Origin: a virus
Lineage: Duplodnaviria > Caudoviricetes
IMG/VR virus record: IMGVR_UViG_3300042860_002166
Location: 1-54,673 of that record
DNA: 54,673 nt
Reading direction: 5' to 3' (one strand)
A program made the translations under genes and the position numbers. The notes under the pieces are model-generated. The model had not been told where the DNA came from. It did not search any database and saw only the letters and a program-made list of their open reading frames with translations. Shown one piece after another: positions 15,951-25,617 of this stretch (within the stretch, counting starts at the first letter, position 1; the number at the start of each line of letters is the position of its first letter).

Positions 15951-16478
15951 ATGAACGCAAGTTTCTTTGGAATGGGATGCGATTTAATCCCGGATCTGAT
16001 TAACCAAGACGCCAACAGCGATCTGACTGGCGACTGGGTGAATCTTGAGAATTACGAGCGGGCTTACCTGCTCCTCATCAAGCCAGCCGGAACGGCAGGT
16101 GATGATCTCTCGATTGTCATCAACCAAGCTACCGACAACGCGGGAACCGGCTCAAAGGCCGTGACTTTCCAGCGAGTTTGGTACAAGGTCGGAACCATGA
16201 CCGCGCAGAATACTTGGACCTACGTTGACTTGGGCTCAACCGGCTCGGCTGACTTGGACCTCGTGAGCGTGGGTGGTACTGATATCGCTTCGGACACGAG
16301 CGCCGCTGTGGTGCTGGTTGAAGTGATGGCCGATTCTCTGGATGTGAACGCCGGTTTCAAGTTCGTCCAATCTTCCTATGAAGGTGACGACGTTGGAAAC
16401 GCGCTGCTTATCAATTCCCACTGGGTTCTGTGCGGAAGCGCATATCCACGGAATGTTCCGCTGACCGCGCTCAGCTAG
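15951..16478 (+). CDS. putative capsid decoration/accessory protein
   Basis: Beta-rich 175 aa directly after the capsid gene, before a terminator. Confidence 0.55.
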   Translation: MNASFFGMGCDLIPDLINQDANSDLTGDWVNLENYERAYLLLIKPAGTAGDDLSIVINQATDNAGTGSKAVTFQRVWYKVGTMTAQNTWTYVDLGSTGSADLDLVSVGGTDIASDTSAAVVLVEVMADSLDVNAGFKFVQSSYEGDDVGNALLINSHWVLCGSAYPRNVPLTALS

Positions 16479-16496
16479 TTTGAATCTCACTCCCCA

Positions 16497-16542
16497 GCGG
16501 GTGGCAGGGTGCAATCCATTAGCGCCTTGCCACCCGTTTTTT
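16497..16542 (+). terminator. intrinsic terminator
   Basis: gcgggtggcagggtgc / gcgccttgccacccgt hairpin followed by a T-run. Confidence 0.85.
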
Positions 16543-16577
16543 CTGACCTAATCTCATAACCAAGGACAACCCTGAAT

Positions 16578-17489
16578 ATGTCACGTACTGAATTGTTTTC
16601 GCGCAAGCAAGCTGGTGGTGTTTTCACTTTTACTGACGAATCAAAATCAACCGGCGAAAAGTTCTGGGTTCATTCTGGAACTGGCTCTAACTCTACTGGC
16701 TCTGGGCGCAACCCAGACGCCCCTTTTGCGACTATCGACTACGCTATCGGCCAATGCACCGCAAACCAAAATGACGTTATCTACGTCATGCCGGGCCATG
16801 CCGAGACGCTCGCGGCTGATGCCTCGGATATCGCGGTAGACGTTGCCGGTGTCTCGATTGTCGGGCTGGGTAACAGCTCTAACCGTCCGGTGATTACCTT
16901 TACTCACACTGGCGCTACGGTTGCCGTGAGCGCTGATAACTGCCGGGTCTCGAATCTGGTATTCCAAAACGACGTTGATAGCCAAACTGCGGTTGTGACC
17001 GTGACCGGCGCGGGCTGTACGATTGATAGCTGCTCGTTCATGGAAGGGTCCGCGAAGCAATACCTTTTGGGTGTTCTGGTTTCAACCGGCGCCGCTCGCG
17101 CGACTGTGCGAAACTGCGTCTTCCGCTCGGTGGCGACTGGCTCTGACGCGGCTATCCGAATTGGCGCGGCTGTGGATCGCTGTGTTATCGAGGGCTGTGA
17201 TGTGTATGGCGACTTTAATGACGCCTGCATCCACAACCCAACGGGTAACGTGGCTACTACCATGCGGCTTCAGAACAACATTCTCACCAACCTTCAATCA
17301 GGCGATCATGCGATTGAGCTGGTGAGCGCCTGTACTGGCGTGATTGCTTTTAACGTGGTCAATAGCACTCTGGCCGCTGCGGCGACCCGAACGGCACTGG
17401 ACCCCGGCTCGTGTTACTGTATCGAAAACTATGGCTCGGATGGCGTGGGTGATGTGAACGGCGTTCTCAACCCTGCCGCTGATGCCTAG
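16578..17489 (+). CDS. right-handed beta-helix virion protein (head fibre-like)
   Basis: PFATIDYAI, DVIYVMPGHAE, repeated C-x-I/V-x-N/D-C-x-F strands. Confidence 0.7.
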   Translation: MSRTELFSRKQAGGVFTFTDESKSTGEKFWVHSGTGSNSTGSGRNPDAPFATIDYAIGQCTANQNDVIYVMPGHAETLAADASDIAVDVAGVSIVGLGNSSNRPVITFTHTGATVAVSADNCRVSNLVFQNDVDSQTAVVTVTGAGCTIDSCSFMEGSAKQYLLGVLVSTGAARATVRNCVFRSVATGSDAAIRIGAAVDRCVIEGCDVYGDFNDACIHNPTGNVATTMRLQNNILTNLQSGDHAIELVSACTGVIAFNVVNSTLAAAATRTALDPGSCYCIENYGSDGVGDVNGVLNPAADA

Positions 17490-17519
17490 TAGTTCTTTTT
17501 CTCACCGGAGGCGATTTTT

Positions 17520-17978
17520 ATGGCGAAAGAATTTGAACCCAAGGCGGCTGTACCTAATCAGGAAATCTTGGTTAGCGAGGCAGCGAATATCTACCGGCAG
17601 CTTGTAGCTCAGAGGCCGGGCTATCAACTCAGCGAACTGGCGAAGCAGGCGTTTACGCTCGCTCAGCCGTTTGCCGAGGAAGCTCAGCGGATTATCTCAG
17701 GCGGCAAGGTAGAAGCTCCCAAGGCTGAGGAGCGGTCTCCGATGGTTCTGGTTTGGATGTGGGACGATGTGAAGCAAGAGCCTCTCATCGACGTAAACAC
17801 GGGGCGACCCGTGACGCAAGAGATGCCGGGCGACCCGGACTCCCACGCTCCGAAACTTAACCCGGCGCACCCGATCAATCAGCGTTATTGGCTGAGCTTG
17901 AATAAGCAAGGGAAGTCGATTCCAGAACGCTACAAGGCGGCTCTCCGAGAGTACGCCGAAGCGGTCTTAAACAGCTAA
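17520..17978 (+). CDS. hypothetical protein
   Basis: Strong GGAGG SD. Confidence 0.7.
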   Translation: MAKEFEPKAAVPNQEILVSEAANIYRQLVAQRPGYQLSELAKQAFTLAQPFAEEAQRIISGGKVEAPKAEERSPMVLVWMWDDVKQEPLIDVNTGRPVTQEMPGDPDSHAPKLNPAHPINQRYWLSLNKQGKSIPERYKAALREYAEAVLNS

Positions 17979-17988
17979 GGGGTGGCCG

Positions 17989-18648
17989 GTGGCGATTGCG
18001 AGCGTAACAGAGTTCAAGACGCATTTGGGGCTGAGTGGAACGGCGAGCGATTCGCTGTACCAGACTTACCTTAATCAGGCGTCCGCGATTATTACTCGCA
18101 AGACCGGCCTCGTTTTCGATAGTGCCTCGGCTACAGAGTTTTACCAAGGGACTGGCACGAATCAGCTAGTTCTGAGGCGCAGACCTGTAACAGCCGTGGC
18201 TTCCGTTTACGTTGACGATTCGGCGTATTTTGGTTTCGCCTCCGGTGCGTTCGGATCGTCAACGCTTTTAACATCTGGTGAGGACTACGCGCTTGATATT
18301 ACCTCAAGCTCTTTCTCGCGGAGTGGGATTCTCTACCGAGTTGGTTCGGTCTGGCCGGCGCGAAGAGTGACCAGCGGATCGGAGCTAATCGGCGGAGAGA
18401 TTCCGGGACTTGGTAACATAAAAGTTACCTATACGGCTGGCTACTCGACAACGCCGGACGATTTGAAACTTGCCGGGATTCTACTCGCGCGGGTGATTAT
18501 GCTCTCCAGTTCCAACGGCGGGCAGATGGTCGCGAGCGAATCTCTGGAATACTACTCGTATTCACTCAAAGGCAATGCCGACGCTTCTAACGATATGCAC
18601 TCGGTCCAGTCGATTGTAAATGGATACCGGGAGTTCAACTGGTGCTAG
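17989..18648 (+). CDS. head-tail connector (gp6/gp15-like adaptor)
   Basis: SVTEFKTHLG...VTYTAGY...PDDLKLA...SESLEYYSY. Confidence 0.85.
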   Translation: MAIASVTEFKTHLGLSGTASDSLYQTYLNQASAIITRKTGLVFDSASATEFYQGTGTNQLVLRRRPVTAVASVYVDDSAYFGFASGAFGSSTLLTSGEDYALDITSSSFSRSGILYRVGSVWPARRVTSGSELIGGEIPGLGNIKVTYTAGYSTTPDDLKLAGILLARVIMLSSSNGGQMVASESLEYYSYSLKGNADASNDMHSVQSIVNGYREFNWC

Positions 18649-18995
18649 ACGCTTCCCAGCTCGCAGATCGTTTTCTGATTATGCCGGGCAGAAAGACGCT
18701 CAGTTATCAGGAGCGGCAGGGGCCGACATGGGGGACCGCGTTTACGGTGTATGACGCTGAGAGGAAGAATCCAACGGCGAAAGATTTGGCCGATGGTCAA
18801 TCTTTCCTGAGCGCTAACGATACGATTTTCTACGTCTGGAAAAGCCGGATAGGTTCAGTTGAGCCTAAGCCGGGCGATAAGTTCAGCGTCTCGGATTCGC
18901 TCGCGCCGGACAATGGTGAAGCGTTTACGGTGCGGCTGGTGAGTACGTTCCTGCTAGGTCAGAGATATCAGCTTGTTTGCGGAAAGCAGAAATGA
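18642..18995 (+). CDS. putative head-closure protein
   Basis: Position, 117 aa beta-rich, PKPGD motif. Confidence 0.55.
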   Translation: MLDASQLADRFLIMPGRKTLSYQERQGPTWGTAFTVYDAERKNPTAKDLADGQSFLSANDTIFYVWKSRIGSVEPKPGDKFSVSDSLAPDNGEAFTVRLVSTFLLGQRYQLVCGKQK

Positions 18996-19444
18996 CCACG
19001 ATAGAAGCTGAGCAACTGCCGGGAGTCCTCGATAAGCTCGTAAAGTCTCTCGAAGGCGATATGAGTGAGGCTCTTGATATGTGCCGGGCTGATATCGCGG
19101 GTATGTTTATGGATATCTTCCAGCGGGCTCAGGATGCGGGCGGGACGGCATGGCCTGCTCACGCTCCTGAGACGGTAAGGCAGTACGGGCCTCATCCGCT
19201 GCTTATCCTGACTACAGCGCTGATGCAGAGCGTGACTACGGATTTCGGGACGGGGGATAGCGTTATCGAGAACTCGGGCCGGGATCTGGCTTGGGGTACA
19301 AATCTTGAGTACGGCGGATACAACAACTACGGCACGAGCCGAATCCCTCCGCGCGAGTTTCTCTACTGGACAGATGACGGCGCTGATGCTGTGGTAGAGA
19401 CGCTCGGTAAGTGGGTGGATGAGAATATCTTGGGGAGTATCTAA
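18992..19444 (+). CDS. phage virion morphogenesis (tail completion) protein
   Basis: G..W..., LILTTALMQS, GTNLEYG..NNYGT.RIPPREFL. Confidence 0.8.
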   Translation: MTTIEAEQLPGVLDKLVKSLEGDMSEALDMCRADIAGMFMDIFQRAQDAGGTAWPAHAPETVRQYGPHPLLILTTALMQSVTTDFGTGDSVIENSGRDLAWGTNLEYGGYNNYGTSRIPPREFLYWTDDGADAVVETLGKWVDENILGSI

Positions 19445-20173
19445 GTGCCGACCACGTACACTTATACCGACAAAGGCGACGGGTTTGGGGTTACGCTTAC
19501 AATTGCCGGGGGTGGTGCTGGGGATAGTCATACTGCCTACGTTCAGGCTTTTTCAGGGGGCTTGGGTTCCTCTGGGACTTGGACTAGCCCCGGAAGCCGG
19601 ATTGGAAACGGTGTTATCAATCTTCTTTTGACTAACGGGCATTACTTCGGGTATGTTTCGTCGGCTGGCGTTCCTAGTTCAGTGCAATACTTCGTATCTA
19701 CTGGCTCGACAACGAGCGTTCATTATCGCTGTTTAGATGCGGTACGGGCGCGAATCCTGCTTTGTGATTTGGAAGATTTAGCCGATGCCTCGGTGGTTAT
19801 CCGTCAACTCCCAAGTGATCGGGGTTTTGATGATGGGACGTATGACCTGCCGGGGATTGTGATTAGTCAGATCGGGGTCGAGAATCAGAATCCTAGTGAG
19901 GGGACGAATATCCGTGATGATGTTCAGTACCCGGTAACGATTACGGTACTGGCTGCGGGGAATCAAGACCTCGTAACGAATCAGGAAAAATACCTCAAGT
20001 GGCGCGAACAGATTAACCGCGCTTTGAGGAATCAGAGGCTAACGGGGGTGGATGAAGTTTACAAGGTCACGGTCACGCCGGGTCCGATTACGTCACCTAA
20101 TGCAGCTTGGAACAACTACTATCACTCACAACTAATCGTGCGGTGCGTAAGCCGCGAGGTTAGAGGCTTATAA
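19445..20173 (+). CDS. putative tail terminator with N-terminal beta extension
   Basis: Position before the tail tube; LPGIVI...YPVTITV. Confidence 0.5.
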   Translation: MPTTYTYTDKGDGFGVTLTIAGGGAGDSHTAYVQAFSGGLGSSGTWTSPGSRIGNGVINLLLTNGHYFGYVSSAGVPSSVQYFVSTGSTTSVHYRCLDAVRARILLCDLEDLADASVVIRQLPSDRGFDDGTYDLPGIVISQIGVENQNPSEGTNIRDDVQYPVTITVLAAGNQDLVTNQEKYLKWREQINRALRNQRLTGVDEVYKVTVTPGPITSPNAAWNNYYHSQLIVRCVSREVRGL

Positions 20174-20185
20174 GGAAAATAGGAT

Positions 20186-21085
20186 ATGGGTACTCCCTCG
20201 ATCAGTACGCTGGCGAAAATGGCGTTAAAATCTGGCGTGGTCACTGGTATCAGCGATTTCAGCGCTGGAACTGCGATTGAGTTCTTGTCTGAGGAACTGC
20301 GATACACTCAGGCGCTTCTCTACAATAACGGAATCCGTGGTACACGCTCCCGCAATGGCGAACGATGCCGGATTGCTCAGGGCGTGGTTTCGGGTTCAAT
20401 CGTCCTGCACCCGACCCCTACAGAGATTACGTCGCTCTTGCCGCTTATCTTGGGCTCGGGAAGCGTACTTGCCGAAGCGGTCGAGGAGTTCGGCGTTCTT
20501 ATTGACCGGGTGGCAAATCGATTTGTCTACACTGGTTGCCGGGTTAGCCGCGCTACCATCTCCGGCTCGCAGGGCCAGCCGATTACTTTCCGGCTCGATA
20601 TCGAGGGCGAGACTGAGGTGATTTCGGCTTCGGCGTTCCCTTCGCTGACCATCGACGCGGGGGCTCCGTATATCTTCTCGGATACCACGTTTACTTTATC
20701 GGCAGACGCAAGCGCTACTGAGGTTCGCGCGTTTGAGATTGTGATTGATAACGGATTGATCACCGACCGTTTCAATAACTCGGTGACTCGAACGGTTATC
20801 CCCGGCGCTGACCGGATGGTAATGTTTAATCTGACAGTTCCCTATACGGCTGACGAGGTGAACTTACACGCTCAGACAGCAGCGGGCGCGGCTGGTACGC
20901 TGACCGTAACTAACGGCAATACATCTACGCTCTTCTCGTTTGCGAACCTCAAGAGCAATCCGGGCCAGAGTCCGGTTGTCGGCTCTCGTGGTGGCGAGAT
21001 TCTCTTGAATCTCCAGCTTCAGGCATACAAAACAGATGCTTCGGGTGTTGCGGAACTTGTGATCACGAATGACGCGACGCCCTAG
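20186..21085 (+). CDS. major tail tube protein
   Basis: IEFLSEEL, GIRGTRSR, VSGSI, YTGCRV; position upstream of chaperone and tape measure genes. Confidence 0.8.
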   Translation: MGTPSISTLAKMALKSGVVTGISDFSAGTAIEFLSEELRYTQALLYNNGIRGTRSRNGERCRIAQGVVSGSIVLHPTPTEITSLLPLILGSGSVLAEAVEEFGVLIDRVANRFVYTGCRVSRATISGSQGQPITFRLDIEGETEVISASAFPSLTIDAGAPYIFSDTTFTLSADASATEVRAFEIVIDNGLITDRFNNSVTRTVIPGADRMVMFNLTVPYTADEVNLHAQTAAGAAGTLTVTNGNTSTLFSFANLKSNPGQSPVVGSRGGEILLNLQLQAYKTDASGVAELVITNDATP

Positions 21086-21096
21086 TGAGCAGGAAA

Positions 21097-21717
21097 ATGG
21101 CAAGAATTGATATTACGAACAAGCGGTTTAATAGGTTGACTGCGATCAAATACGTAGGAAAAAACACTCACGGTCATTCTGTTTGGGAGTGCTTGTGTGA
21201 TTGCGGTAAGACCGCTTTTGTTCCTGTTGGTTGTTTGAGTACCGGAAACACCAAAAGTTGCGGTTGCTTAAAGCTGGAGCGATCGTCTTTTCTTAATCGC
21301 ACTCACGGAAAGTCTAGTTCTCCCGAGTATCGCAACTGGTGCGCGATGAAGGAGCGATGTAACAGCGAGGCTCACAAAAACTACGGGGATTATGGCGGGC
21401 GAGGTATTCGTGTTTGTGATCGATGGAAAAGCAGTTTTGAAAACTTCTTAACCGATATGGGTACTCGCCCAACTCCAAGATCAACGGTAGAGCGAATTGA
21501 TTCAGATAAGGGCTACTCGCCAGAAAACTGCCGATGGGCTGAGATTGATGAGCAGCAAAGAAACAAAAGAAATACTGTTCGCATTGTTTTCAATGGTGAA
21601 AGCAAAAGCATCGGTGAGTGGGCTCAATTACTTGGCGTGACTGTCAATTTTATTACCAAAAGGCTTTATCGAGGATGGAGCCCGCATGATGCCTTGTCTG
21701 TTCCCAAGTTACGATAG
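21097..21717 (+). CDS. free-standing HNH homing endonuclease
   Basis: WECLCDCG, KSCGC, YGGRGIRVCDRW, ERIDSDKGYSPENCRWA. AT-richer than flanks. Confidence 0.88.
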   Translation: MARIDITNKRFNRLTAIKYVGKNTHGHSVWECLCDCGKTAFVPVGCLSTGNTKSCGCLKLERSSFLNRTHGKSSSPEYRNWCAMKERCNSEAHKNYGDYGGRGIRVCDRWKSSFENFLTDMGTRPTPRSTVERIDSDKGYSPENCRWAEIDEQQRNKRNTVRIVFNGESKSIGEWAQLLGVTVNFITKRLYRGWSPHDALSVPKLR

Positions 21718-21741
21718 TTATTTTTCTAGGAGGCGATTTTT

Positions 21742-22182
21742 ATGGTTAATGCGTTTATTGACGGAACCCTTGAGGATGGATTTATCAAGGAGTTCAAAAG
21801 TGTTCATCCGGCTTGTTCTTTCCGTTATCGGCCAATGCTCCTTGAGCAGCGGGCGGGCATGGTAAAGAAATGCGCGGTAATGCGTGACGCGGCTCAGGCG
21901 GAATTGATTGTTGCGTCTGAGCTTGCCAAGCATATCAAGGAATGGGACTTGGTGGATCGCGACGGGGCAACGGTTCCGATTGAGGGGAAGACGATTGCAA
22001 AGCTCAAGTTTGCGATGTTCAACCGGCTCGCGGGAATCGTCCTCTATGGAACAGAGGGCTCGGATGATAACCCCGAGAAGCAAACCGAGGAGCGTATCTA
22101 CGATTCAGAGCTTGCTGCGATTAGCGCGGTTGAAGACAAGTGCGAGGGCGATGTTCGCGTGGAGACTAACTTAAAAAACTAA
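21742..22182 (+). CDS. tail assembly chaperone (gpG-like)
   Basis: Upstream of the tape measure gene; ends in slippery A AAA AAC TAA. Confidence 0.8.
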   Translation: MVNAFIDGTLEDGFIKEFKSVHPACSFRYRPMLLEQRAGMVKKCAVMRDAAQAELIVASELAKHIKEWDLVDRDGATVPIEGKTIAKLKFAMFNRLAGIVLYGTEGSDDNPEKQTEERIYDSELAAISAVEDKCEGDVRVETNLKN

Positions 22183-22595
22183 GGCAAGGTCTAGCGCTGC
22201 TCATCACGAATCCTGAGCTTGCGACTAGACCTTGTGGCGATTGCCAGAAGTGGGTTTTTCTCGACAAGATACAAGGCGAGCGGTACGACACAGACGAGCG
22301 CGGGGGAAAGATAATGACAAGGAACGGCAAGCGAGTGGAGCGGGGGACTGCTCTACCGCCTTGCCAGACTTGCCCAAAGAAGTCTCCTGAGCAGGCGAAA
22401 GACTACGAGCTGAACAACCGGAATATCCGAATGTATGAGATGTACTTGAAATCGCAGGCGACTTGCGGGCTGTGCCTTGGTGACTTGGCGCACGATCCTG
22501 TAGTTCAGCGCGATTTCGCGATCATCCATCAAATCGTAACGATGGTCCGGGACTCTCGGGCTGAGATGATGGCTATGCGCGGGGCTTTGCTGTGA
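22173..22595 (+). CDS. -1 frameshift extension of the tail chaperone (gpGT-like)
   Basis: Heptamer A AAA AAC at 22173-22179. The -1 frame (KLRQGLALL...CGDC...CQTCP) is open to 22595. Confidence 0.8.
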   Translation, partial: KKLRQGLALLITNPELATRPCGDCQKWVFLDKIQGERYDTDERGGKIMTRNGKRVERGTALPPCQTCPKKSPEQAKDYELNNRNIRMYEMYLKSQATCGLCLGDLAHDPVVQRDFAIIHQIVTMVRDSRAEMMAMRGALL

Positions 22596-24889
22596 ATCGA
22601 GAATTGACAGTTAATCTCAGGCTAACGGCGGCTACTGGCGAAAATGCCAAGATAGCCTCTCAGGTCACGGATACACTGAACAAGATTCACACGGCGGCTT
22701 CTCTCGCGGCTAAGGCTGCGGAATCGGTTGGCAAGTCCGTAGCCACAATGGGAAGCGCTGCGCAGACGGCAAGCCAGAATTCTCAAGCGTTGAAATCTGG
22801 TCTTGAGGGAATTAGCCAATCGGCCTCGACTGCGGCGAAGTCTGTTGAGAATCTGACCTCAAGCCTCAAGAAAGCTAATGAGGCGCAGTTGTCGGGCGCT
22901 GCGGCTTGGACTTCAGCGGCAAAGCGTTACGCGATGGCTGGGCCGGGGACGACCGCTTACGGCAGTCCTATCGGGCCGATGCCGTCTAGGGCTGGTCCCG
23001 GTGGTGTAGAGATGTGGACCTCTGCATCTACCTACTACGGCCCAAGGTCTTTCTCTCAGTTGTCTGGTGCTGAGCTGGGCGCGTTTGCGCGGCGAACAAC
23101 AGCGGCGAATCCTTACGAGATGTATCACTCTCCGATTGGCCCAAAGAGATTCGAGGATCTGACTGGTCCTGAGTTGTCCGCGTATGCCCGCAGAATGACG
23201 CCGGGCTACGATAATAACCACCGTGAAGTTCAAGGGCCGGTTGAGCCTAATTACGGCGGGATTATCGGCGGTATCCAAGAGGATATGGCCTCAAAACTGA
23301 AAGAGCAAACCGAGGAGACTAACAGGCTCGCGGATGCGCGGAATAAGCTCGCAGCAATTGACAACAAGTTGATGACTGGCGTAACCCAGCTTGGCAGCGG
23401 GATTACATCGCTTGCCCGTTCGATGGTCCTTCTGACTGCGGCGACGGACGAAGACGCTGCCAAGATGCTGATTATGCTTGCCCGCTTTGAGGCGGTTGTT
23501 CAGGCGGTCAAGGGCATTACCTCGGTAGTTCGCGGCGCTACGGCGGTCTGGAACGCATACAACAAAGCAGCGGCTATCGCGGCTACTATTGGCGGCGCGG
23601 GGATGATGGGCGGTCGGCGTGGTGGTTCGACGGCTGCGGGCTTGGCTGGTGGGGCTATTGCCGGGGGTTCGGTGGCGGCTGGCGGAGAGGCTGCGGGTGG
23701 GTTCCTTACTAGCACCTTGGTAGGTATCGGGCAGGGGCTTACAGAATTGTCACCGTTGGCAACTGGTAGCGCAATAGGCCGAACCTTCCTCGGTGGTGTA
23801 GCTGCTGGTTACGGCGCTACTGCGCTGGTAAACAACGGGCTTATGTACGATGTACGAGGCAACCCGCTAACCGCTGGAGCTAGGACTGGTGCAGTCAATC
23901 AGGGCTATGGAACACAACAAGCCTTTGAGTGGGACTCGCTTACTGGTTTCTTGGGTTCCACTTGGCGCGCAAGAAACAGCCAGATAGCCTCGGCGGATGG
24001 TGTCGCCCGGATGCAGCAACAGCTTGCCGAGCGAGAGGAAATGAATAGCCGAACGTCAAACAGACGGATTCGCGATCAGCGCATTGGACGCGCCCAGTGG
24101 GATATCGACACCCAACAATCCATGTTCCTTGCTTCGATTCAAGACCCGGCAAGAAACCCCAACTGGCGAGATCAATTTGTCCAGCAAGGGCGAGTGAACA
24201 CCGCTGAGATAAACGCTATTGAAAGCCGTTTACGATCTTCGGCGCTAACGATAACCAAAGACGACAATGCCGAGGCAAGAGAAAAAAAGGATGAGGAGCG
24301 CAACCAGTTAAGCGAGCGACTCAACGAACTGACGCGGCAAAGGCTGTCTCTCATGCAGCAAGAAGCCGAGACGGCTAATCGGATCGTTGCGTCTCAGCGG
24401 CAGAGCCTCGCCCAAATGGGAAGTGGTGATACTAGGAGATTAGCCGATGCAATACGAACCGCTGAATCCGGCGGTGATTTGACGGCGCGGCAGATTGCGA
24501 TGCTTCGGCAAAACAACATCGTTGGTTATGACGACCAAATTAGAACCAACGAAGAACGATTGATATCGAGAGACCCGAACGCACGATACATCTACGAAAA
24601 TCAGCGTGAGAAAACGCAGGTAGATGAACTTACTAGAAATTTCAATGTAGCCGTTAATTCTGAAATGGTACTAAAGGTTCAAGCGGAACTCGATAGCTCA
24701 GCCCCCAAGTGGATGAGCGAGGCGATGAAGTTCCTGACTCAGCAAGTCGAGAGAATAAAGACAGAGACAGCCAATCTCATCAATCAGCAGTTTGATAACG
24801 CAGCCAGAAAGAACGAGCAAAACGGGAAGGCTCAAGGCGGTGGTGGTGGCGGTGTGATTCCTGCAAGCGCTGGACCGGGGATTAAGTAA
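22592..24889 (+). CDS. tape measure protein
   Basis: 765 aa, Ala/Gly-rich and helical, with hydrophobic stretches. Follows the chaperone. Confidence 0.82.
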   Translation: MNRELTVNLRLTAATGENAKIASQVTDTLNKIHTAASLAAKAAESVGKSVATMGSAAQTASQNSQALKSGLEGISQSASTAAKSVENLTSSLKKANEAQLSGAAAWTSAAKRYAMAGPGTTAYGSPIGPMPSRAGPGGVEMWTSASTYYGPRSFSQLSGAELGAFARRTTAANPYEMYHSPIGPKRFEDLTGPELSAYARRMTPGYDNNHREVQGPVEPNYGGIIGGIQEDMASKLKEQTEETNRLADARNKLAAIDNKLMTGVTQLGSGITSLARSMVLLTAATDEDAAKMLIMLARFEAVVQAVKGITSVVRGATAVWNAYNKAAAIAATIGGAGMMGGRRGGSTAAGLAGGAIAGGSVAAGGEAAGGFLTSTLVGIGQGLTELSPLATGSAIGRTFLGGVAAGYGATALVNNGLMYDVRGNPLTAGARTGAVNQGYGTQQAFEWDSLTGFLGSTWRARNSQIASADGVARMQQQLAEREEMNSRTSNRRIRDQRIGRAQWDIDTQQSMFLASIQDPARNPNWRDQFVQQGRVNTAEINAIESRLRSSALTITKDDNAEAREKKDEERNQLSERLNELTRQRLSLMQQEAETANRIVASQRQSLAQMGSGDTRRLADAIRTAESGGDLTARQIAMLRQNNIVGYDDQIRTNEERLISRDPNARYIYENQREKTQVDELTRNFNVAVNSEMVLKVQAELDSSAPKWMSEAMKFLTQQVERIKTETANLINQQFDNAARKNEQNGKAQGGGGGGVIPASAGPGIK

Positions 24890-25614
24890 TGTACCTCAAA
24901 TACGGCAATTATACCCATGAGATAGGCGAGTGCGCAATCGTTATCCAAAAGGAATCCGTCCTTAACGCTGACAATAACAAGGTCGGCTGGAGGGAGACTT
25001 GGCAGATATCTGGGATGCTTCGCGGAACTGATACATCCGACCTCACTACAAAGCTCAGGGCGCTGGAGACCGCTTACGGGGTCAACGGTAGGGATTTGCT
25101 CCTACTAAACGACAACGGAACTGAGACGGCTCACAAGTTGATTAGCAATCGCTCGCGTAGTGGTGTTATGATTTCCCGGCTGGATTACCCGGTTGGCGAG
25201 GGCGCTGAGTACACCACATTCCGCAACTACCAGATCATCGCTGAGTGCGATATCTCAATCCTTGAAGTGGTTGACATGGTTGGCGGAAGAGGAAGAGGGG
25301 GAGGCGGTGGAATCACTCTGAGCTACGTCGAGGCGATCACAACTCGCGGAACTGGTGGGCCGAGAATTGTGGTGCTTGAAACAATGGGCGGTCCACCTGT
25401 AAAGCAGATAGTCTCAAACCAAACATCGGTGTATAAGACGCAAAGCGGGAGCGCCACAGGTGTTTACGGATACCCTCCGGTTCCGCCTCCGATGGACCCG
25501 GCAAACGAGATTGCTGATAGGCGAGTCATTCAGCAGGAATTGCCTTCGACTGTCAGCCCGAACGGCAAGGAATCGATTTACAAGGTTAGTTGGTCTTACG
25601 AGTTTGTGAGTTAA
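24889..25614 (+). CDS. tail protein (distal tail-like)
   Basis: Position directly after the tape measure gene. Confidence 0.55.
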   Translation: MYLKYGNYTHEIGECAIVIQKESVLNADNNKVGWRETWQISGMLRGTDTSDLTTKLRALETAYGVNGRDLLLLNDNGTETAHKLISNRSRSGVMISRLDYPVGEGAEYTTFRNYQIIAECDISILEVVDMVGGRGRGGGGGITLSYVEAITTRGTGGPRIVVLETMGGPPVKQIVSNQTSVYKTQSGSATGVYGYPPVPPPMDPANEIADRRVIQQELPSTVSPNGKESIYKVSWSYEFVS

Positions 25615-25617
25615 GCG

